Assembly: GCA_001819395.1 (NCBI GenBank)
Contig: MHMQ01000015.1
Span: 1 to 33,835 of the forward strand
Direction: 5' to 3'
Length of the DNA: 33,835 nt
Origin: Candidatus Niyogibacteria bacterium RIFCSPLOWO2_01_FULL_45_48
GTDB lineage: Bacteria; Patescibacteriota; Minisyncoccia; HO2-45-28
Shown: positions 8,901 to 16,504 of the stretch, one piece after another
Position numbering within the stretch: position 1 is the first letter of the stretch
How the letters are laid out: each line of letters opens with the position of its first letter
Translations under genes and position numbers: made by a program
Notes under the pieces: model-generated
Database searches by the model: none
What the model was told of the DNA's origin: nothing
The model's input: only the letters and a program-made list of their open reading frames with translations

Positions 8901-9706
8901 TCGGTCAAAGCCGCCTGGTGAAGGGAATTCAAAGTTTTTGAAATTCCGATTTGCGTTCCCTGGTCATCCAGAAGAATGACTCCGGAGAACGAGGCGTCTT
9001 GGGCGAGACCCGTGCGCTCAACCGTGATTGAATCCACGGTCACGTCGCCGTCAGATGAAGCAGTAAGATTTACAACCGTAAACGGAACTCGCGTTGAGTT
9101 TACCGGGAACAAACTTGATACCGGCTGAACTCCAGCCGAAACCGTAAGTCCCGATCCAACTGGAGTAACAACTGGTACTGTTCCCCCGGTTGTTCCTCCC
9201 GTAGTGCCTCCGGTTGTTCCGCCGGCAACCATGTTGTACTTGGCTTTTGAAATAGAGCCGAAGTATCCGACTGCGGGCGAAACGGCATTAGCCGATTGCC
9301 ATGCCGAAACCGCTGATTGCGTTACAGAACCAAAGTATCCGGTGGCTCCTCCACTAAACGTGAAGTGGCCGGTTCCGATCAAGTAGTTCTGCAGGCATGT
9401 TACGTCATCACCCTTTGAACCCATTGTAAGGTCGCGAGTGAAGGCGCAAGCTCCGGCTGTTGCGGGCGCCGTGCCCGATGTCGCTTGGCCCCGAAGAGAC
9501 GCGTTAACATTGTTTATCGTCGCCTGATCGGTATTAAACGACTGCAAGAGCGAAAGAATCGACTGGATTTGCGCTTCGGTCAAAGCCGCGCTTGCGACCG
9601 GAACCAAAGCGGATCCCGCCAATAAAATCGCAGTTGACACAGAAACGATGGCTGCCGCCACTTTCCTGTGTTTTGCAATTAATTTACCCATATAATAATT
9701 TTTCAT
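5984..9706 (-). CDS. Large cell-surface protein (1240 aa): signal peptide, peptidoglycan-binding domain (PG_binding_1-like, approx 9235-9445), (GGTT)n linker, long Thr/Ser/Gly-rich beta-sandwich region
   Basis: Track ORF. N-terminus MKNYYMGKLIAKHRKVAAAIVSVSTAILLAGSALVPVASA fits a signal peptide. DDVTCLQNYLIGTGHFTFSGGATGYFGSVTQSAVSAWQ fits a PG-binding motif. Confidence 0.85.
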   Translation of the reverse strand: MKNYYMGKLIAKHRKVAAAIVSVSTAILLAGSALVPVASAALTEAQIQSILSLLQSFNTDQATINNVNASLRGQATSGTAPATAGACAFTRDLTMGSKGDDVTCLQNYLIGTGHFTFSGGATGYFGSVTQSAVSAWQSANAVSPAVGYFGSISKAKYNMVAGGTTGGTTGGTTGGTVPVVTPVGSGLTVSAGVQPVSSLFPVNSTRVPFTVVNLTASSDGDVTVDSITVERTGLAQDASFSGVILLDDQGTQIGISKTLNSLHQAALTEDFVVKAGQTKTVVVGGNAQTSGGGYGGQIAYLSVASVAANAAVNGSFPVVGAGHTINETLTIGTIPGPARGALDPGSSQTKEVGTKTYTFSSVKFTSGSAEDVYIKYVRWYQSGSASKDDLTNVKVYANGSEYVPTVSADGKYYTAVFVENSGKGVLMAKGFSKEITIKGDIIGGSLRTVDFDIQKTTDVAFQGALYGYGLNPPFDAAAAATDGADFNNADDPYYDAAQVTISQGTMTVSVNNVLAPAQNVAINLANQPLGAFTVDVKGEPISVAAMHFNVHLENEGSSEDADDITSVSLYDENGAVIAGPVDGVAAEGNASGAAGIATGEIKFSDTITFPVGVHSYILKGKIGTDLDNDDTFQASTTPSGWGTVRGQITNTTITPSPTSPITMSLMTIKAGALAFSVSSFPLAQTVIAGAAQFHLASIVLDATASGEDIRVTSLPIENNGGGGSSATDLTNCKIYDGTTIVNASNVVNPGSFASGTNFVLDGSGLTVPKGTAKTLQFKCDVSASAGSGETHTWGLDGAQTTFTGATGLTSGQTVAETITDSQGQTMTVASGGSLSVALDAGSPGYKIVTAGSAGVELLRVRFSATNEDIELRKVALQLSRFASNAPTDLISSQVTLWDTAGNMVGTAGFPTGDTATSSDITNFVVPRSGSKVMIVKGDIGAITDSGPITASGNFLTVDYDGDNERSSTYTGGTFGVGLASGTNIGPSASDTSSSGIRVNKSYPTFAKLSVPSNSLTNGTTEANKTLYRFSVMASGGDLAIYKLSFSISSSSEVATTTSFGLYAYTDSGFSLVDSAFTSDGLINYANCIGGNNFHTSTAKLSDRTDAPSVVEIYPDKGAIGYGCNATTTYVVADGATRYFAFKATVANVESTASVQDTFSVALLGDAAYPVTFLNNDEPATAGNMFKATTTDAELTNDDFIWSPRSTSTAASIDDFDWTNGYGVIGLPATQMNSEYFNSTY

Positions 9707-10056
9707 TAATTTTTAGAGAGTGAATTCTCAACTTCGACAAAGTTAAGCTCCTCTCTTTCTAAATAATCCAATCCAATAAAACTTTCGGTAATGAAGCCGA
9801 ATCCTATCAACGTAATCCCGATTTTATCGAGATACATTTAATCGACCGGACCTTGACCCCATGTTAAATCAAACTTAAGTTTTTATACTTAACTATTTTC
9901 ATCCGTGCGGTGGTTTATTTAATTTTCAAAGTTCTTGTCAGTGTTCTTTCTTAGCTCAACCCGAATACGGCAAACCTAGCCATCTACTGGCCTTTTAAGT
10001 ACGCTCTGCACCTCAAATTGCCGTGCACCCATTTCTGACATTCTGCATTAGTTTTA

Positions 10057-10085
10057 ATTATAAATCCCCTTTTCAAAGCTAGCAA
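10057..10085 (-). promoter_or_regulatory. Near-consensus sigma70-type promoter on minus strand: TTGCTA (-35, 10080-10085), 17-bp spacer, TATAAT (-10, 10057-10062). Predicted TSS near 10050, giving a ~345-nt leader before the 1240-aa gene.
   Basis: Hexamers and spacing read from the reverse complement. Confidence 0.5.
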
Positions 10086-10127
10086 AACAAGGGTGTGGAT
10101 AAGTAAAAAGGGGCCTTTTTAAGCTAC

Positions 10128-10158
10128 AAAAAAGCTTCCGCAAGGTCAATGCGGAAGC
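10128..10158 (-). terminator. Intrinsic terminator for gene 10191-10916: GCTTCCGCA-ttgacct-TGCGGAAGC followed by U6 on the minus strand
   Basis: 9-bp GC-rich stem plus A-run 10128-10133 on the + strand (U-run on minus). Confidence 0.75.
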
Positions 10159-10190
10159 AAAGCACAAATGTATATATATAGTATGTCAAG

Positions 10191-10916
10191 TTATGGCGCG
10201 GGGGCCAATTTATACCTCCTCCAGCGTTTTTCGCCTTCTTTTATAAGGAGACCTTCCGTTGCCATGCCGACCAGGTCCCTTTGGAGCGTTTTTCCGCTTA
10301 TCCGGCCCCTGAAAACATCCGCCAACTCGCCGATACTTACCCAGTCCTTTTCTTTTATAAAAGATATTATTTCACCGCGCCTCTCCCCGCCCCCCACGTT
10401 GTTGGCTAGAGCCGTGCTCTTGACAGTGGTTAGAACCGAGTTCTGACCACTTTCGTTTTCTTCGTTTTTGTCGTGAACTTGGTTCGAGACGTGTTGTCCG
10501 TTAAAGCCGTTAGATAGTTGTCCAATAGGCTCGTGTCCAATAAGACCGACAGCTGAAGGCTCGGGCAAAATATCGTATTTGCGTTCAGACAAGTAATCGG
10601 CCAGATTTAAATACTCCCTTTTTAGCACTTGGAAATTGGCCTCGGATATAAATGAGCCCGATGATGCCAACTCAAGTGTCCTTATGGACTGACGTATGTT
10701 TTCGGATATTATATCCAACCCCCTGACCCTTTCGTTGGGGGATGCGGTCTTAATTTTCAAAATAGATTCAAAAATTTCAAGTCCGTCCCGGCGCAAGAGC
10801 CACTTTAAGGGCTCCGAATCGGAAAATAAATCCGTCACGCGGTAAAGCGCCTCGGTCAATTTTTGCGAGCGTTCGTAAATATGTTCCAGATGGCCGTTGC
10901 CGTTATTTTCAGACAT
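10191..10916 (-). CDS. Hypothetical protein with C-terminal winged-helix DNA-binding domain (241 aa). Carries an in-frame REP-derived insertion.
   Basis: C-terminal ISFIKEKDWVSIGELADVFRGRISGKTLQRDLVGMATEGLLIKEGEKRWRRYKL is wHTH-like. The N-terminal domain was not recognised. Confidence 0.55.
   Translation of the reverse strand: MSENNGNGHLEHIYERSQKLTEALYRVTDLFSDSEPLKWLLRRDGLEIFESILKIKTASPNERVRGLDIISENIRQSIRTLELASSGSFISEANFQVLKREYLNLADYLSERKYDILPEPSAVGLIGHEPIGQLSNGFNGQHVSNQVHDKNEENESGQNSVLTTVKSTALANNVGGGERRGEIISFIKEKDWVSIGELADVFRGRISGKTLQRDLVGMATEGLLIKEGEKRWRRYKLAPAP
10407..10425. repeat. REP-like palindrome, copy 5 (TAGAGC-CGT-GCTCTTGACA), inside CDS 10191-10916, in-frame, encoding KSTAL
   Basis: Core AGAGCCGTGCTCTT is identical to the RAYT-flanking REPs. 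The host protein reads TTVKSTALANN. Confidence 0.75.
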
Positions 10917-11006
10917 AATATTTAAATATTTTAATCGCCTTCAAATTTTTTTGCAAGAAAAAAGCGGGCTCGTTTGAGTCCGCTTCTAAAAAATGCGTTT
11001 TTGTTT

Positions 11007-12842
11007 TTACTTTTTATCCGTCTGCGGTACGGGCACGGGCTTTGACGCGCCGCCCAAAAGATCACCCAGAATCGCCGCGGCGCCCGAAAGCCCACCGCCC
11101 TTAGACTCGCCCATCGTGAAAACACGCTCGGGAACGAACTTGTGGGCATTGGCCAGAGCCGCGGTCAAAACCTCCGGATGTTTGTCAAAAAACTCAAGGA
11201 GCTTGCCGAGCGTCAACTCAAACTTACGAAGCTCCACAACTCTTTCCTGTCCAAGCACAAGTGTCTGCTCTTTTTGACCCTCGGCAATCAGCGACAGCTT
11301 ATCCTTTTCACCCTGACCTTCGTTCTTCTTGGCCAAAGCGTTTTGGACCGAAGCCTGAACACCGATTTGTGCTTTGACCAGTTCGCCCTGTTGGTCAGCG
11401 GTCGCGCGAGCCTGTTCGGACCTAACACGCTGAGTCTGAGCCAGCTGTTCTTCCGTAAAAGCTTTTGTCAGCTGTTGAGCCAGTTGTTCACGTTGACGCG
11501 CGACCAGAAGCTCCGGCGGAATCGCCGGATCGCCAAGACGAACTTCCTTGATATCCACCCCCGCCTTGAGACCCTCGGGCTGGATGCTGTCCTCCACCGT
11601 TTCTTCAATTTCCGGCCGATGTTCAATCAGGTCCATGACAACCGTCTGGCGCATTATCTTCTGCGTCTGTGGCTTACCGCTGGCGTCCAAAACCGGCTTT
11701 TTGTCCTTATCCAGAACAGGCACTGTTACCTTGATCATTCCGCCGCCAACGTTACGCACAATTGAACGAATCGCCGGAGTCAAAATACGGTCCTCAATCT
11801 GATCAAGACCGCCGACTGAAGCGACCACGAAAGGCGCGTTGTCCGGCGTCACCTGCACAAGAACGCGAAGCTCCTGCGGCACATCCCACCCTTCAACCTT
11901 AATAAAAATCGCCGAATCGGCCGAGTCCTTTGGAACAGGAACTTCAATCTTTCTTTCATCCTGTTTAATGTCGCCCTTTTGGTTAACGGTCAGGTCAATA
12001 ATTCGCCGCGTGTATCCGCCCTTATATTCCCAAGTCTGCACCCGCGTATCAACCTGCGTCACAGAATAAGCGCTCGTGTTGATATAGTATTTGCCGGGAC
12101 TAAGGGCCTTATCCCAAATGCCGATGCAACCGACCGGAACAAGAGGCACCGCGAGAGCCCCGCTTCCGGCTCCCCTAACCTGAGTCGGAGCACAATTTTG
12201 GGGCTTGGGAGACTTGAGGTTTCCAAAATCAACTCCGGTCCAGACGTTAGACTTAACAACGCCGACAAACCCGACCGGAATCTCGGTGGCGTTCTCATGT
12301 TTCACCGAAAAAAGAAACTTGTTGATTCTGTACTTCCCGGGGGTCAGAACGCTCGTCTGCGGACCCTTCTGGCCGCCATTCTTCAAAAAGAACGCAGCAT
12401 CATTAACCATCTTGTCAGAGGTCTGCGGATCAAAAGCGTCGGCGTAGGTCTGATCCGGCCGAAGCGGCTTTCCGTCGCGGGCCATAATGTATCCATACTG
12501 GCCCTCCTTGACTTCAACCACCCCGATTTCCTTAACATTATACAAAACATTCAAAAGGAAGCTGAAATGAAATCCCGGAGGAAGAACATCGGCTTGAGGG
12601 CCCTTTTCGCCCCGAGTCGCGATAATCGCGCCATCCTTCAAGTCTCCGCCGAGATAAATCTTGTCTAGAGAAGCCGCTCCGGTAACATGAATGTACGACG
12701 TTGCCGCAACAGAAAAAACAGCGAGACCGACGCAAACTATTCTGACCACCCAACTGGCCCACGCGGGTGCTCGATCAGAGATAAAACGAGGCGCAAAAAT
12801 CGCGGCCAGTATAAGCACAAAACCCAAAATCACCCAGAACAT
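11007..12842 (-). CDS. Flotillin-like SPFH/band-7 domain membrane protein with long coiled-coil C-terminal region
   Basis: Track ORF starts at 12923. ATG 12840-12842 is preferred because GGGAGGAGG lies about 6 nt upstream. N-terminal TM (MFWVILGFVLILAAIFAPRF), SPFH-like core, Ala/Gln/Glu-rich coiled coil (EQLAQTQRVRSEQARATADQQGELVKAQ). Confidence 0.75.
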   Translation of the reverse strand: MFWVILGFVLILAAIFAPRFISDRAPAWASWVVRIVCVGLAVFSVAATSYIHVTGAASLDKIYLGGDLKDGAIIATRGEKGPQADVLPPGFHFSFLLNVLYNVKEIGVVEVKEGQYGYIMARDGKPLRPDQTYADAFDPQTSDKMVNDAAFFLKNGGQKGPQTSVLTPGKYRINKFLFSVKHENATEIPVGFVGVVKSNVWTGVDFGNLKSPKPQNCAPTQVRGAGSGALAVPLVPVGCIGIWDKALSPGKYYINTSAYSVTQVDTRVQTWEYKGGYTRRIIDLTVNQKGDIKQDERKIEVPVPKDSADSAIFIKVEGWDVPQELRVLVQVTPDNAPFVVASVGGLDQIEDRILTPAIRSIVRNVGGGMIKVTVPVLDKDKKPVLDASGKPQTQKIMRQTVVMDLIEHRPEIEETVEDSIQPEGLKAGVDIKEVRLGDPAIPPELLVARQREQLAQQLTKAFTEEQLAQTQRVRSEQARATADQQGELVKAQIGVQASVQNALAKKNEGQGEKDKLSLIAEGQKEQTLVLGQERVVELRKFELTLGKLLEFFDKHPEVLTAALANAHKFVPERVFTMGESKGGGLSGAAAILGDLLGGASKPVPVPQTDKK

Positions 12843-12960
12843 GCTTCCCCTCCTCCCAAAAAGTTTAAAGGTGCTACTCCGCCGAAAGCCCCGAGCTTCC
12901 GGCAACCAAAAAACTAAAAGCATTATATATCAAGGTTATTTTTTGTCAAGCCCGTGAGGT

Positions 12961-12990
12961 AATTTTAAAAGCCGGGGGTTTCCTCGGCTT
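12961..12990 (-). terminator. Terminator-like hairpin downstream of ligase gene (AAGCCG-aggaaacccc-CGGCTT then U/A-rich tract on minus strand)
   Basis: 6-bp stem with a T-run on the minus strand. Confidence 0.45.
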
Positions 12991-12996
12991 AAGTTA

Positions 12997-13995
12997 TTAA
13001 ATCTTAAAACTCTTCGGAGCTATGCAGTCCTTCGGCTTTTTATCTTTGCGAATGTCGGCGAAACGGGCGTTATCCAGTTTTCCCGAAGCGAATCGCCCGT
13101 CAAAATTCACCTGCATCACTATGGAATAGCGCGTTTTCTTCAGTTTCTTCCGCATGTCGTTCGTGAATCCGCCGAGCTTTCCGCAAGAAAATTCTTTGCC
13201 AGTCTTCGGGTCAATTTGCAAAATCTCAACTTCTTTCAGCCGCTCGGGGTCTGTTTTTGAAGCAAACCACTTGCGGACAATGAAATCATCCTCGTAAGTC
13301 GGCTTCCATTTATAACAGCCTTTAATTCTTTCGGGATTTTTGCCGTCAAGACGGAAAGACAAACGAAACTCGCTATCGTAAAGCACAAGCCCTTCCCAGT
13401 TATTCTCAATCACCATCTTTTTTGCCGTTTCAAAAGTTTCATTGATGACTTCCACCGCGGAAATGTTTTTAAGAAAAGAAAGGTGTGAGTCTTTAAGAAG
13501 CTTGAGACGAAGTTTATACGATACGGTTCGAGCGCAATCGTTACCACCGGAGAAAAGAACATCAAAAACAACGAATCGCACAAAACCCAGCTCTTTCTGA
13601 ACTTCAAGCGCACGAGTGGGGCCGCTTGAAAGAACGCTTGCGGCAGCCGTGCGTTCATCCTTTCCATTTATAACCATCACGCCTTCGCCGACCAAAAGAG
13701 CCTTTGACCAGCCTAAACTTTCCAACTCTTTGACAATATGCGGCACTCTGTCGCTTACGTCGCGTAGACCGTCGGTAAAAATTCTGACTTTGCCTTTTTT
13801 GTTGAAAAGGGCAAAAAGTTTCCAGCCGTCTCGCTTGCGGGTAATAATCAGCCGTCCCTCTTTCTCAAGTTCCTCTAAAACTTCGGGATCGTAAGCTTCG
13901 CGCTGAATCGGCTTTGCCAGGACAAAATCTTCCGGCAAACTTTCAAAGTCAAAACTGAAATTCTTTGGGTCGCTCTCGCTCTTTCGCGCCGACAA
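12997..13995 (-). CDS. ATP-dependent DNA ligase (compact, 332 aa)
   Basis: Adenylation motif I IITRKRDGWK (KxDG active-site lysine). TTG start at 13993-13995 preceded by GGAGGTG. Confidence 0.8.
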   Translation of the reverse strand: MSARKSESDPKNFSFDFESLPEDFVLAKPIQREAYDPEVLEELEKEGRLIITRKRDGWKLFALFNKKGKVRIFTDGLRDVSDRVPHIVKELESLGWSKALLVGEGVMVINGKDERTAAASVLSSGPTRALEVQKELGFVRFVVFDVLFSGGNDCARTVSYKLRLKLLKDSHLSFLKNISAVEVINETFETAKKMVIENNWEGLVLYDSEFRLSFRLDGKNPERIKGCYKWKPTYEDDFIVRKWFASKTDPERLKEVEILQIDPKTGKEFSCGKLGGFTNDMRKKLKKTRYSIVMQVNFDGRFASGKLDNARFADIRKDKKPKDCIAPKSFKI

Positions 13996-14033
13996 TCAGC
14001 ACCTCCTCTCGGGTTTTTGGGTTGTTTGCGAAA

Positions 14034-15326
14034 CTAAGCCGCGCCGCTCATAAAGCTGGCCACGGGTTCGTCAATAAAAACGTCTTCCCGCCTGACGGGT
14101 TGGCGCAGAGTCAGTCCGCCAAGCGAAGTGCACCTGCTCAAAGCGACATACGCCTGTCCGGGAGCAAAAGCCCCTTTTCCAAGATCAATTACAACTTTAT
14201 CAAACGTCTGGCCCTGCGACTTGTGGATTGTTACAGCCCAAGCGAGCTTAAGCGGATACTGATAGTAAGAGCCCCTTACGACGCTTTCCATTTTTTTCAG
14301 TCTATCGTTGTAAGCGAACTCAACATTGTCCCAGCGGTGAGTGGTCAGAGTATGCGTTCCGCGCTTGGTAATTTCAACCTCTACGCCGATGTCTCCAAAT
14401 CCAACCACCGTGCCTATGTCGCCGTTCACCCATCTTCCCTGCGAATCGTTATTTAAGAGCATGACCTGCGCTCCTACTTTAAGAATCAGATTCTGGGCCG
14501 CCGGTATTCTGTGCGATGGAAAATTTCCGATGATAATTCCCTGTCGAGCTCTCGCCTCGCCTTTGAGCCGCGTGAGCTCTTCGGTGTTTATGCTTTCGGC
14601 AAGATTGTTTGTCGTTGTCAGATACACAACTCCTTTCAATGCCTTTCGGGAAATAGACGATTTTACGCGTTTATTGAGCATGGCTAAATCTTTTTCCGAA
14701 AATTCTCCCACCCTTATTTTATTTAAGACATCAATAAACTTTTTTTCGGTCTGGCGATAGACATTATTTAAAACAACTTGCTTGACACCGGCGTTTTTGA
14801 AAGATCGCGCCGAAAAAAAGTACGGGCTGTCGTAAAGTTTTGAAAACCACGATTTGTCTTTTTCTTCCAAAACAGGCGGAAGCTGGTAAAGATCACCCAT
14901 AAAAATCATCTGGACTCCGCCGAAAGGCGAATCGTTTTCCCGGCAGACGCGTAATCTGGCATCAACCGCATCTAAAAGATCGGCCCGCACCATTGAAATT
15001 TCATCGATGACGATCGTGTCAACGGATTTTATCAGTTCACCGCGCCGAGGATGACATCCTTCGGCCGCTTTTTCCGGCGTAATATCAATGCCGAAGCCGA
15101 AGAAAGAATGGAGTGTTTGTCCGCTTACATTTATAGCCGCGATTCCGGTGGAAGCCGTGACCGCCACGCTCTTTTTGGTATTCTGCCTGAAATGAGTCAG
15201 TAAAGTGGATTTTCCCGCACCCGCTCTGCCTGTCAGAAAAATAGATTCTCCGGTTTCTTCCATCAGCTTAAAAGCCGAGCTTTTTTCTTCATCCAGCCGA
15301 AACTGGGGCTTGTTCTTGTCCGACAC
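14034..15326 (-). CDS. Pif1-family 5'-3' DNA helicase (SF1B, RecD-like), 430 aa
   Basis: Walker A GRAGAGKST. Pif1 signature region MIFMGDLYQLPPV. Motif AVTIHKSQGQTFD. GTG start at 15324-15326 with GGAGGAAA five nt upstream. Confidence 0.85.
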   Translation of the reverse strand: MSDKNKPQFRLDEEKSSAFKLMEETGESIFLTGRAGAGKSTLLTHFRQNTKKSVAVTASTGIAAINVSGQTLHSFFGFGIDITPEKAAEGCHPRRGELIKSVDTIVIDEISMVRADLLDAVDARLRVCRENDSPFGGVQMIFMGDLYQLPPVLEEKDKSWFSKLYDSPYFFSARSFKNAGVKQVVLNNVYRQTEKKFIDVLNKIRVGEFSEKDLAMLNKRVKSSISRKALKGVVYLTTTNNLAESINTEELTRLKGEARARQGIIIGNFPSHRIPAAQNLILKVGAQVMLLNNDSQGRWVNGDIGTVVGFGDIGVEVEITKRGTHTLTTHRWDNVEFAYNDRLKKMESVVRGSYYQYPLKLAWAVTIHKSQGQTFDKVVIDLGKGAFAPGQAYVALSRCTSLGGLTLRQPVRREDVFIDEPVASFMSGAA

Positions 15327-15376
15327 CCGCTTTCCTCCGATATTTAGTTCTCAAATTTCCAAAGATCCTTTCGCCG

Positions 15377-15405
15377 ATTTTAACATTACTTTCTGTATTT
15401 GTAAA
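15377..15405 (-). promoter_or_regulatory. Candidate promoter for pif1-ligase operon (minus strand): TTTACA (15400-15405), 17 bp, TAAAAT (15377-15382)
   Basis: Hexamers and spacing read from the reverse complement, about 45 nt upstream of the start codon. Confidence 0.45.
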
Positions 15406-15435
15406 GAACAAGCAGTGTGTAAAGTTGTGTCTGCG

Positions 15436-15479
15436 AAATCCGACAAAATAAAAACGATCGTTTTTATTTTGTCGGATTT
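15436..15479. repeat. 44-bp perfect inverted repeat AAATCCGACAAAATAAAAACGATCGTTTTTATTTTGTCGGATTT (hairpin; possible bidirectional terminator and/or operator)
   Basis: Perfect 19-bp arms around the palindromic CGATCG centre. Sits between the stop of the PNPOx-like gene and the pif1 promoter. Confidence 0.8.
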
Positions 15480-15507
15480 TAAATTACAAACAACAAAACA
15501 AGCGGTT

Positions 15508-15951
15508 TTATATTTTTACTCTGAAAAAGTGGCCGAAAATCTCTTGGTTTATGAAGTGGACCTCTGTTGGTTCTATTACATATATAGCATGGTCTGGAAA
15601 CTTGTCGGCCCAGCTGTATCTTTTTTTGTAAATTGCGTAATATTTTTTGTATTCGTTTTTCATGGGCCGTCTAGCGACGCCGGAGATTTGAAGACCTTTT
15701 ATTGAACCAAGTCCTCCCCAATTCTGATTTATGGTCAGGGCAACACGCGGATTTTTTAGAATATTTTTGCAATGCCTTGTGTCGGGCCGAGAGAAAAATA
15801 AAATGTTTAAATTTTTATCAAAAGCGAAAAACAAGGTTGAGGCCCACGGCCCGCCGTTTTTGCTTGATGTTGCCAAACTCATCAATTTATTTTCGGCCAA
15901 GTATTTCAAAACTTCACTCGCCAAAAAATTTTTGGTAAATTTTTTCGGCAT
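15508..15951 (-). CDS. Pyridoxamine 5'-phosphate oxidase-like FMN-binding split-barrel protein (general stress protein 26-like)
   Basis: 147 aa. Resembles the PNPOx-like family (LKYLAENKLMSLATSSKNGGPWASTLFFAFD). Confidence 0.6.
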   Translation of the reverse strand: MPKKFTKNFLASEVLKYLAENKLMSLATSSKNGGPWASTLFFAFDKNLNILFFSRPDTRHCKNILKNPRVALTINQNWGGLGSIKGLQISGVARRPMKNEYKKYYAIYKKRYSWADKFPDHAIYVIEPTEVHFINQEIFGHFFRVKI

Positions 15952-15959
15952 ACGTTCCC

Positions 15960-16340
15960 TTACTTTTTCTCTTCAAATTTCAAACAGACGGAGTTGACGC
16001 AATGCCTCTTGCCTGTCGTGTCTTTCGGCCCATCGTCAAAAACATGTCCCAGATGAGACTCGCATTTGGCGCAGACGACTTCGGTTCGTTCTATTCCGCC
16101 GTCATTATCTTTTTTAAATTCAACCGCGTCCGGAAGCGCTTGGTCAAAACTGGGCCAGCCGGTGCCCGAATCAAACTTGGCACCGGACGAAAAAAGAGGA
16201 TTTCCACAGGCCGCGCATTTGAAAGTCCCCTCTCTTTTTTCATGCAAAAGTTTTCCCGAAAAGGGCGCCTCCGTCCCCTTCTCGCGCATAACACGGTATT
16301 GTTCTGGGGTTAGTTTGTTTTTTGTTTTATTCTTATCCAT
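15960..16340 (-). CDS. msrB: Peptide methionine-(R)-S-oxide reductase MsrB
   Basis: LTPEQYRVMREKGTEAPFSG...GWPSF...HLGHVFDDGP... plus two CxxC pairs (CAACG, CAKCESH). Classic SelR domain. Confidence 0.9.
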   Translation of the reverse strand: MDKNKTKNKLTPEQYRVMREKGTEAPFSGKLLHEKREGTFKCAACGNPLFSSGAKFDSGTGWPSFDQALPDAVEFKKDNDGGIERTEVVCAKCESHLGHVFDDGPKDTTGKRHCVNSVCLKFEEKK

Positions 16341-16478
16341 ATTATTTTTAAAAATCCATTAATTTTCATCATTAACATTCGTCAACGGCCGTTTATGAGT
16401 GTTAACTTCATTTCTGGTTTTTAATTTTTAGCAACTTCGCGAATTTTTTACTTTTTCCATATTTTTATATTCTAACAT

Positions 16479-16504
16479 AAGAAAAATCCCGATACTTCGG
16501 GATT
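16479..16504 (-). terminator. Intrinsic terminator after deaminase-fusion gene (AATCCCG-aaguau-CGGGATT + U5 on minus strand). Overlaps the stop codon.
   Basis: 7-bp stem, A-run 16482-16486 on the + strand. Confidence 0.65.

Noticed and set aside
9935-9950. A possible sixth REP copy (GTTCTTGTCAGTGTTC)
   Set aside because: It matches only one arm of the palindrome (the GCTCTTGTCAGTGTG side) with substitutions, and no inverted partner is present. It is at best a degenerate remnant.
11142-12668. Multiple + strand ORFs (11142-11765, 11548-11802, 11979-12668 and others) opposite the flotillin gene
   Set aside because: They are antisense shadow ORFs of a conserved SPFH/flotillin CDS. They are Leu/Arg/Ser-rich with no motifs.
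12843-12923. The extended N-terminus of the flotillin ORF (MLLVFWLPEARGFRRSSTFKLFGRRGS) proposed by the track
   Set aside because: The in-frame ATG at 12840-12842 is preceded by GGGAGGAGG at ideal spacing. The upstream 27 codons are not hydrophobic and not conserved-looking, and they overlap the RBS.
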